A DNA stretch of 64,000 nucleotides from an uncultured Acutalibacter sp. (GTDB lineage: Bacteria > Bacillota > Clostridia > Oscillospirales > Acutalibacteraceae): contig CAZRLJ010000004.1 of NCBI GenBank assembly GCA_964600905.1, forward strand, positions 328 to 64,327, given 5' to 3'. The notes below the pieces were generated by a model. The model was given only the letters and a program-made list of their open reading frames with translations, ran no database searches and was not told the origin of the DNA. Of the stretch, positions 55,724 to 64,000 are shown piece by piece. A program made the translations under genes and the position numbers. Within the stretch, counting starts at the first letter, position 1, and the number at the start of each line of letters is the position of its first letter.

Positions 55724-58700
55724 TTACAGATTTCTGCCCCGATAGGCCACGTTTTCCACCCCCAGCAGCCTCTCCAGGGCAGAAAGCAGCGGCCGGTTTA
55801 CCTCGATTCGGCGGCCCGTGGGGGCCTTGCGCAGCTCTCCCGTATCCCGGAAGCGGACGTACAGTTCCTCCGTCCCCTCATCGAAAATGGCCAGATATTC
55901 CAGGGCCTTCCGGTAGGCGGGGGAATCCGGGGAATCCACCCGTAGAAACAGTCCTTCCCTGCCCCGGGGCTTCCGGGGCGGTTCCATCGCCGGGGCTCGG
56001 GGAGCCGCCTGCCCCGGCTTTGCAAAACGCTCACAGACCAGCTCCGGCTCCTTGTCCTCGGTAAAGCTCAGGCGACCGGCGGCCTCCACCGCCGCCCCCT
56101 CCACCAGCAGGGGCCGGTATTCCTCCAGCACCCTGGCAAATACCAGTCCGGTGATACTGCCGTACATGTCCTCCAGGGTCACAAAGGCCATGACGCCGCC
56201 GTTTTTCGTGGTTTTCTGCCGGATCTCCTCCACCATGGCCAGAAGGGTCACCCGCTGGCCGTCCCGGTATTCCCGGGATTCCCCCTCCCCACTGCGGAGG
56301 ATCTCGTCGGTTCGGGCATAGGCTCCGGTGCGGTACAGCTCAGCATAGGAATCCATGGGGTGGCCCGACAGGTACATGCCGGTGACCTCCCTTTCCTGGC
56401 TCAGCCTGTCCGCCACGGAAAAATCCTCTAAACGATGGAGGGGCGTCTCGCCGGCCTCAGCGGTCTCCGGCCCGTCAAAAAAGCCGAGCTGCCCATCCAA
56501 ATTCCGGCGCTTGTCCGCCTCCAGGGCATCCAGCACTCCATCCAGGTTCAGCAGCATTTCCCGCCGGTTGTACCCCAGATTGTCCAGGGCTCCGGACTTG
56601 ATCAGGCTCTCAATGGCCCGGCGGTTCAGCTCCCGTCCGGTCATACGCTTGCAGAAATTCTGGAAGGAGGTAAAGGGGCCCTCCGCCCGGCGCTCCTCCT
56701 CCATGCGGAGGATCACCCCGTCCCCTAGGTTTTTCACGGCTCCCAGGCCGAACCGGATCCCTTTTTCCACCACGGTGAAGCCCTTGCCGCTCTCGTTGAC
56801 ATGGGGGGGCAGCACCTGGATTTTCAGCCTGCGGCATTCCTCGATATACTCCGCCGTTTTGCCCGTCCAGCCCTGGACGCTGGACAGCAGGGCGGCCATG
56901 TATTCCTTGGGATAATGGGCTTTCAGATAAGCAGTTTGATACGCCACCACCGCATAGGCGGCGGCATGGGATTTGTTGAAGGCGTAGGAGGCGAAGCTCT
57001 CAATCTCCCGGAACAGCTCTGCCGCCGTATTTTCTTCCACGCCCCGGTTCACGCAGCCCTCTACCGCCCAGCTGCCGTCCGGCTCCTGCTGGCCGTGGAT
57101 GAAGACCTGCCGCTCCCGTTCCAGCACATCGTGCTTCTTTTTGGACATGGCCCGGCGGACAATGTCTGCCCGGCCCAGGGAGTAGCCTGCCAGCTCCCGG
57201 AAAATCTGCATGACCTGCTCCTGGTAAATGATGCACCCGTAGGTCACCTCCAGAATGGGCCGCAGCCGCTCATGGCGGTATTTTACCTTTCCAGGGTCCT
57301 TCCGGTTTTCCAGATACATGGGGATAAACTGCATGGGGCCCGGCCGGTACAGGGAAATAATGGCCGTCAGGTCCTCGATGCTTTCCGGCTCCGCCTGGGT
57401 CAGCAGGCGGGTCATGCCCCCGGATTCAAACTGGAACACCCCCACGGATTTTCCCTCCGCCAGCATCCGGAACACAGCGGGGTCATCGTCCGGGGCCTGC
57501 TCCATGGAAAAATCCGGCTCCCGGCGGCGGATCATCTGCTCTGCGTTGTCGATCACCGACAGGTTCCGCAGGCCCAGGAAGTCCATTTTCAGCAGGCCCA
57601 GCTCCTCAATGGCGGTCATGGTGAACTGGGTCACCACCGCCTCGTCGTTTTTGGCAAGGGGAACGTATTCCATCACAGGGCGGTCGGTGATCACCACCCC
57701 CGCCGCATGGGTGGAGGCATGGCGGGGCATTCCCTCGATCCGCCGGGCCATCTCCATGAGCTTTCCCACCTGGCTGTCATTTTCCGTCAGCTCCCGGAGA
57801 GCGGCGGACTTTTTCAGCGCCTCCTCCAGGGTGATGTTCAGCTCCTGGGGCACCATTTTTGCCACCTGGTCCACCTTGCCGTAGGGGATGGCCATGGCCC
57901 GGCCCACATCCCGGAGGGCGCCCCGGGCCGCCATAGTGCCGAAGGTGACGATCTGGGCTACGTGGTCGACGCCGTACTTCTCCCGCACATACTGGATCAT
58001 CTCGTCCCGGCGCTCATCGGAAAAGTCGATGTCGAAATCCGGCATGGTCACCCGCTCGGGATTCAGGAACCGCTCAAACAGCAGATTGTACCGAACCGGA
58101 TCCACGTTGGTGATACCCACGCAGTAGGCCGCCAGGCTCCCCACGCCAGAGCCCCGCCCGGGCCCCACGGGAATCCCCACGCTTTTCGCATAGCGGATGA
58201 AGTCCCATACGATCAGATAGTAGTTTACATAACCCATCTGCGCGATGGTGTCGATCTCATAGTTCAGCCGGCGGATCAGGCTCTCCTCCGGGTCCTGTCC
58301 ATACCGGCGCTTCAGGCCCTCAAAACAGAGGCGCTCAAAGTATTCCCGGTTGCTGCCCCCGCCTGGAATATCGAACCGGGGGAGCTTCGTTTTTCCAAAC
58401 TCAAATTCCACGCGGCAGCGCTCCGCGATCTTCGCCGTATTGTCGGCAGCCTCGGGAATTTCCGGAAACAGGTCCCGCATTTCCTCCTCGGATTTGAAAT
58501 AGAACTGATCGGAGCCGAATTCCAGGGTATCCTCATCCTCCACGGTGCGCCCGGTCTGGATGCAGATGAGGATGTGGTGCATTTCATGATCGGCCTTTTC
58601 AATATAGTGGCAGTCGTTGGTGACCACCAGGGGGATCCCCGTTTCCCGGGACAGCCGGAGAATGCTTGGGTTTACATAATGCTGTTCGTCCAGCCCGTGG

Positions 58701-59227
58701 TCCTGAAGCTCCAGATAGAAATTCCCGTGGCCGAAAATCTTTTCGTACCGCAGGGCCGCCTCCTTTGCCCCGGCATAATCATTCCGGGACAGGGCCCGGG
58801 GAATCTCTCCCGCCAGGCAGGCGGACAAAGCGATCAGCCCCTCATGGTGCTGTTCCAGCAGCTCCAGGTCCACCCGGGGACGGTTATAAAAGCCCTCGGT
58901 CCAGGAGGCGGACACCAGGGCGATCAGGTTCCGGTATCCGGTCTCGTTCTCGCAGAGCAAAACCAGGTGCCGGTTCTCGCTGTCCAGCTCATGGACCCGG
59001 TCGAACCGGGTGCGCTTTGCCACATAGACCTCGCAGCCGATGATGGGGTTGATCCCCCGCCTTTTTGCGGCCTTGTAGAAGTCGATGACGCCGTACATCA
59101 CGCCGTGATCCGTGATGGCCACGGCGGTCTGCCCCAGCTCCACCGCCCTGTCCAGCAGACGCTCAATCCGGCAGGCGCCGTCCAAAAGGCTGTATTCCGT
59201 ATGCACATGTAAGTGAGCAAAGGCCAT
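55724..59227 (-). CDS. dnaE: DNA polymerase III alpha subunit
   Basis: HLHVHTEYSLLDG, GPGRGSG, PDFDIDF, YAFNKSH. Confidence 0.97.
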   Translation of the reverse strand: MAFAHLHVHTEYSLLDGACRIERLLDRAVELGQTAVAITDHGVMYGVIDFYKAAKRRGINPIIGCEVYVAKRTRFDRVHELDSENRHLVLLCENETGYRNLIALVSASWTEGFYNRPRVDLELLEQHHEGLIALSACLAGEIPRALSRNDYAGAKEAALRYEKIFGHGNFYLELQDHGLDEQHYVNPSILRLSRETGIPLVVTNDCHYIEKADHEMHHILICIQTGRTVEDEDTLEFGSDQFYFKSEEEMRDLFPEIPEAADNTAKIAERCRVEFEFGKTKLPRFDIPGGGSNREYFERLCFEGLKRRYGQDPEESLIRRLNYEIDTIAQMGYVNYYLIVWDFIRYAKSVGIPVGPGRGSGVGSLAAYCVGITNVDPVRYNLLFERFLNPERVTMPDFDIDFSDERRDEMIQYVREKYGVDHVAQIVTFGTMAARGALRDVGRAMAIPYGKVDQVAKMVPQELNITLEEALKKSAALRELTENDSQVGKLMEMARRIEGMPRHASTHAAGVVITDRPVMEYVPLAKNDEAVVTQFTMTAIEELGLLKMDFLGLRNLSVIDNAEQMIRRREPDFSMEQAPDDDPAVFRMLAEGKSVGVFQFESGGMTRLLTQAEPESIEDLTAIISLYRPGPMQFIPMYLENRKDPGKVKYRHERLRPILEVTYGCIIYQEQVMQIFRELAGYSLGRADIVRRAMSKKKHDVLERERQVFIHGQQEPDGSWAVEGCVNRGVEENTAAELFREIESFASYAFNKSHAAAYAVVAYQTAYLKAHYPKEYMAALLSSVQGWTGKTAEYIEECRRLKIQVLPPHVNESGKGFTVVEKGIRFGLGAVKNLGDGVILRMEEERRAEGPFTSFQNFCKRMTGRELNRRAIESLIKSGALDNLGYNRREMLLNLDGVLDALEADKRRNLDGQLGFFDGPETAEAGETPLHRLEDFSVADRLSQEREVTGMYLSGHPMDSYAELYRTGAYARTDEILRSGEGESREYRDGQRVTLLAMVEEIRQKTTKNGGVMAFVTLEDMYGSITGLVFARVLEEYRPLLVEGAAVEAAGRLSFTEDKEPELVCERFAKPGQAAPRAPAMEPPRKPRGREGLFLRVDSPDSPAYRKALEYLAIFDEGTEELYVRFRDTGELRKAPTGRRIEVNRPLLSALERLLGVENVAYRGRNL

Positions 59228-59387
59228 AGGGCCGCCTCCCTGCAAACGGCAGATTTTTCGATTCCATCTACGGCTATTATAGCAAATTCAGAAAACCTTG
59301 TAAAGGAAACAAAAAAGGGGCTCCTTCTTTACAGATGGCGCCTCTTTTGACTACTTTCCCTTTTTGCTATAAGATTTTCGGCAAACC

Positions 59388-61310
59388 TTAGCCGCGGTTC
59401 CGATAAAGGAACGAGACGATCTGAGCACGGGTGCAGGCGTCATTCGGGCTGAAAGTGGTATCCGTGGCGCCGAAGGTAATGCCGCTTTCCACCGCCCAGA
59501 CCACTGCTTTTTCATAGTAGAAGCCCGCTTCCACATCGGCGAAACCTGTGGCGGTGCTGGTGGGCTCCGGTTCGCCTGCCGCGCGCCACAGAAACGTGAC
59601 AGCCTGCGCCCTGGTGCAGGGGATATTGGGATCAAACAGGGCGTCTGCCGCGCCGAAAGTAATCCCCTGCTCTACTGCCCAGGCAACAGCCTTTTCGTAG
59701 TAGGCGCCCGCTTCCACATCGGTGAAGCCTGCAGCGGTGCTCGCTGGCTCTGGTTCGCCTGCGGCGCGCCAAAGGAAAGTGACGATCATTGCCCGAGTGC
59801 AGGCTTGATCGGGAGAGAAAGTATTGCTGCCCGTTCCCGCCGTGACACCGTTATAGACCGCCCAGTTTACCGCGTTCCCGTAATACTCGTCCCGGGACAC
59901 ATCCCGGAAATCCCCTACGGTACCGCCCTTGACGGAAACATAGCCCCACTTCCACTTGCAATCCTCCTGATCAAAAATGCACACTTCCGCCATGCCCTCG
60001 GAGAAGTGCCCCACGTCCTCATACTTGCAGGGCACGACCTCCTTGCCAGTTTTGTCGATGAAACCCCAGCCGCCTCCATTCAGCGTCGCCGCCAGACCCT
60101 CGGAGAAAGACCTAAACCCGTTCCACTGGAAGGGGATGACCTCTTTGCCGGTTTTGTCGACGAAAGCCCACTGAGTTTCCCGGCTCACCGCAGCAAGGCC
60201 CTCCTGGAAGAAGTAGTTATATCTGTAGGGGTCAACATACTCCGGGTCATACCTGCAGGGCACGATCTCCTTTCCGGTTTTATCGACGAAGCCGCATTTT
60301 CCGTTCAGTTGCACTTGGATGGCACCCTCGGTGAAATGTTCATTTGCCATGGAATCATACTTACAGGGAACGACCTCCCTGCCGGTCGTATCAACACAGC
60401 CACACTTGTCGTTCAAGCTGACCTTGGCAATCCCACCGTCAAAGGCCTCCACATTGTCGTACTTACAGGGAACGATCTCCTTCCCGGTCTTGTCGACGAA
60501 GCCGCATCTTCCGTTTCGTCTCACTTCTGCAAGGCCATCAGAGAAATATCCCGCCCAGTCATACTTGCAGGGGACGATCACCTTGCCCGTTGTGTCAATG
60601 AAACCCCATTTGCCGGCCAGCTCCACCGCCAAGCGACCCTCGAAAAAGCCGGGAAATTGCACATGGTCATATATGCAGGGCACGACCTTCCTGCCTGTTT
60701 TGTCAATGAGGCCAACCTTATCGACCTGCCGCACCACCGCAAGGCCATCGGAGAATGGCCACGCCCGGTCATACTTGCAGGGAATGACCTCCTTGCCGGT
60801 TTTGTCAATGAAGCCCCACTTGCCATCCACTCCCACCGCGACAAGGCCCTCGGAGCAGCCTTCCATAGCCGTCTGATCATACTTGCAGGGAATGACCTCT
60901 TTGCCGGTTCTGTCGATGAAACCAATTTTATCGCCCAACACCACCGGCGCGAGGCCATCGGAGAATTCTTCCACACCGGCATACTTGCAGGGCACGACCT
61001 CCCTGCCGGTTTTGTCGATCAGGCCTTCCCTGCCGCCCAAGCACACCACAGCAAGACCTCCGGAGAAGTCTTCCACCCAGTCATACCTGCAGGGTACGAT
61101 CTCATTGCCGGTTTTGTCAATAAGGCCCCACTTACCGTTCAATTCCACCATTGCAAGGCCCCCGGAAAAGGGTTTCGTACTGTCGTATTTGCAGGGAACG
61201 GCCTCGGTGAAGGTGATCTCCTTCGCGCCGACAGCCATGGGAATGCCGCCCAAAAACAGACACAATACCAGTAGAACGCTCAAAGCCCTTTTCAAAGAAA
61301 ATTGCTTCAT
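59388..61310 (-). CDS. Secreted WG-repeat protein with C-terminal SLH domains
   Basis: About 11 repeats of FSEGLA.V...GKWGFIDKTGKEVVPCKYD; three SLH-like repeats (CTRA.IVTFLWR). Confidence 0.9.
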   Translation of the reverse strand: MKQFSLKRALSVLLVLCLFLGGIPMAVGAKEITFTEAVPCKYDSTKPFSGGLAMVELNGKWGLIDKTGNEIVPCRYDWVEDFSGGLAVVCLGGREGLIDKTGREVVPCKYAGVEEFSDGLAPVVLGDKIGFIDRTGKEVIPCKYDQTAMEGCSEGLVAVGVDGKWGFIDKTGKEVIPCKYDRAWPFSDGLAVVRQVDKVGLIDKTGRKVVPCIYDHVQFPGFFEGRLAVELAGKWGFIDTTGKVIVPCKYDWAGYFSDGLAEVRRNGRCGFVDKTGKEIVPCKYDNVEAFDGGIAKVSLNDKCGCVDTTGREVVPCKYDSMANEHFTEGAIQVQLNGKCGFVDKTGKEIVPCRYDPEYVDPYRYNYFFQEGLAAVSRETQWAFVDKTGKEVIPFQWNGFRSFSEGLAATLNGGGWGFIDKTGKEVVPCKYEDVGHFSEGMAEVCIFDQEDCKWKWGYVSVKGGTVGDFRDVSRDEYYGNAVNWAVYNGVTAGTGSNTFSPDQACTRAMIVTFLWRAAGEPEPASTAAGFTDVEAGAYYEKAVAWAVEQGITFGAADALFDPNIPCTRAQAVTFLWRAAGEPEPTSTATGFADVEAGFYYEKAVVWAVESGITFGATDTTFSPNDACTRAQIVSFLYRNRG

Positions 61311-61520
61311 TTTTCGTTCTCTCCCCTCTCTCGTTTTATGACCCTTCACTATCTATAAGACAGGAAATAAAGGAAAATCTTACAGCTTTTTCCGTAATTT
61401 TTGATTTTTTCTATTGTACCATTACCAGGAGGGAAGTACAAGGACAAGGGAGGCAAGTCGAACAAAAAATCCCTCTCCATGTAAAGCCATGGAGAGGGAT
61501 CATTTCATCTGAGCGATTGG

Positions 61521-62120
61521 TTAAAACTCCTCGCCCAGCTTCATCAGCTGCTTTCCGGCCACTGCCATGATGATCGCGGCGGCCACACAGGTGATAAGGA
61601 TTTCCGGGAGCATATAACTGCCGTTGTACACCAGGGAATAGACCACCACCAGCTTCGTGCCCTCCATCCCCTGAAGGATCGGGAAAGCTGTGGCGTCGGC
61701 GTATTCGCCCCACAGCAGCCAGCCGGACAGGAAGGAACAGGCATACCGAAGCAGTCCGGTCACCAGCGCGCCCAGGGTAAAGCTCACGGCGTGATTGCCC
61801 ACCTTCCCCCGGAACATCCCTGCCAGGCCCAGCACCGTAAAGGCCAGCAGGTAATCCAGCAGGATGGACCCCACCACCGTGGCACCGCTGACTCCCTTTA
61901 AGGCACTGAGACCGAAAAGCAGCTGCAAAACGCTGTAGGTAAAGCCCGCCGCCAGGCCCCATTTTGCACCGCAGATGTAGCCGAAAAGCATCACCGGCAG
62001 CATGGAGCACGGCGTGACAGTCCCGCCGTAGGGCATCTGGAGGAACGGGATGAAGGACAGCACCGTGCCCAGTGCCACCAGAATGCCGCCCAGTACCAGT
62101 CTTTTTGTCTTTGTACTCAT
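61521..62120 (-). CDS. thiT: Energy-coupled thiamine transporter S component
   Basis: MPYGGT, LLDY, YSLVYNGSYMLPE; downstream of a TPP riboswitch. Confidence 0.9.
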   Translation of the reverse strand: MSTKTKRLVLGGILVALGTVLSFIPFLQMPYGGTVTPCSMLPVMLFGYICGAKWGLAAGFTYSVLQLLFGLSALKGVSGATVVGSILLDYLLAFTVLGLAGMFRGKVGNHAVSFTLGALVTGLLRYACSFLSGWLLWGEYADATAFPILQGMEGTKLVVVYSLVYNGSYMLPEILITCVAAAIIMAVAGKQLMKLGEEF

Positions 62121-62142
62121 TTTTCTCTCTCCTTTTGGATTA

Positions 62143-62352
62143 GGGAACCTCTGAATAAATCATCCAGGTGCACCTCGGTGGAATATATTCCGTCTGTCTT
62201 TGTCCCAAAATGGGCAACACTACCTAGTGTTGCCTATGAAACTACACAAAGTATTCCTGCAATTTTGGGCCTTTTGACACAGCCAGATGTGCCATCTGGC
62301 TTAGAAATATCTTCTCGCCGATCTGGCCTGTCCGATTTACTCAGAGCTTCCC
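62143..62352. mobile_element. MITE-like element, copy 2 (210 bp)
   Basis: Ends GGGAACCTCTGAATAAATC / GATTTACTCAGAGCTTCCC; colinear with 11639..11801 plus two extra hairpins. Confidence 0.75.
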
Positions 62353-62372
62353 ATTAAATTACTTGAAAAATG

Positions 62373-62404
62373 AAAAATGCCATTCGGAATGTACCGAATG
62401 ACAT
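62373..62404 (-). terminator. Putative riboswitch-controlled terminator
   Basis: Minus strand ATGTCATTCGG-TACATT-CCGAATGGCAT-TTTT. Confidence 0.6.
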
Positions 62405-62491
62405 AGAATGCATCCGCAGCCTTTCCGGAGACAACTGCCTGTCCCCTGCTTTTGCCGCTCTTTTTATGAATCGCTTCACAAAAAACGAAAT

Positions 62492-62632
62492 GCTTCCTAC
62501 GTCGGTATGATCCGCATCAGGTTCCCGCCTTGCCGCCGGTCTCCGGCAGTTCGGCGAAGGGTTTAAGCTCGAAGCTCCTCTCAGCCGCCCTGGCAGTCCG
62601 TCCCATCCGGACCGCACCGCCTGCGACACCCC
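62492..62632 (-). ncRNA. TPP riboswitch
   Basis: GGGGTG...CTGAGAG...AAACCC...GAACCTGATGCGGATCATACCGACGTAGGAAG upstream of thiT. Confidence 0.88.
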
Positions 62633-62737
62633 TTCTTTCATTTTTCGCCTCCATTATAGCGCCGCCGCCTGGTTTTGTCAAATCAAAATACAAAAAGGCA
62701 GAGGCCGAGGCCCCTGCTCTTTTTACTATAAAATCCT

Positions 62738-64000
<1,263 letters not shown>

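Noticed and set aside
51596..59212. Very long antisense ORFs (987 aa, 803 aa; also 22746..25250 and 28323..30518)
   Set aside because: Shadow frames of high-GC3 genes with no domain motifs
59388..61310. WG-repeat DNA periodicity as an array
   Set aside because: Ordinary coding repeats of a known surface-protein architecture

Overview
High-GC chromosomal window from a spore-forming gut clostridium (Oscillospirales-like; inferred from gene content and order). The housekeeping backbone includes phoH-yqfD-yqfC, ylbJ, tmcAL/ackA, SPFH-NfeD, SCIFF scfA/scfB, bsh, ABC transporters, murQ, ppaC, tex, a dGTPase-like gene, pfkA, dnaE, thiT with a TPP riboswitch, and a type II topoisomerase A subunit fragment. 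Small accessory modules interrupt it, and two stand out. (1) Three separate AT-richer cassettes (about 5.9-8.3, 15.6-18.2 and 34.3-37.2 kb) each carry their own sigmaA-type promoter, a secreted trypsin-fold serine protease and 2-3 tandem paralogous envelope-anchored small proteins. Two of them are bounded by direct repeats. This resembles a polymorphic protease/inhibitor (effector/immunity) system. (2) tRNA-fMet is followed by 245-bp tandem units built from colinear tRNA pieces split by two hairpin inserts. An IR-bounded, recombinase-less alpha-fucosidase cassette sits exactly at the CCA end of one unit. Also present are a MITE pair, REP-like elements, a TPP riboswitch with an extra helix, a shared putative LysR operator, an orphan EctA-like GNAT and a GH43 pseudogene. 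No CRISPR array, transposase, integrase or rRNA was seen. All assignments come from reading motifs by eye; no database searches were run.
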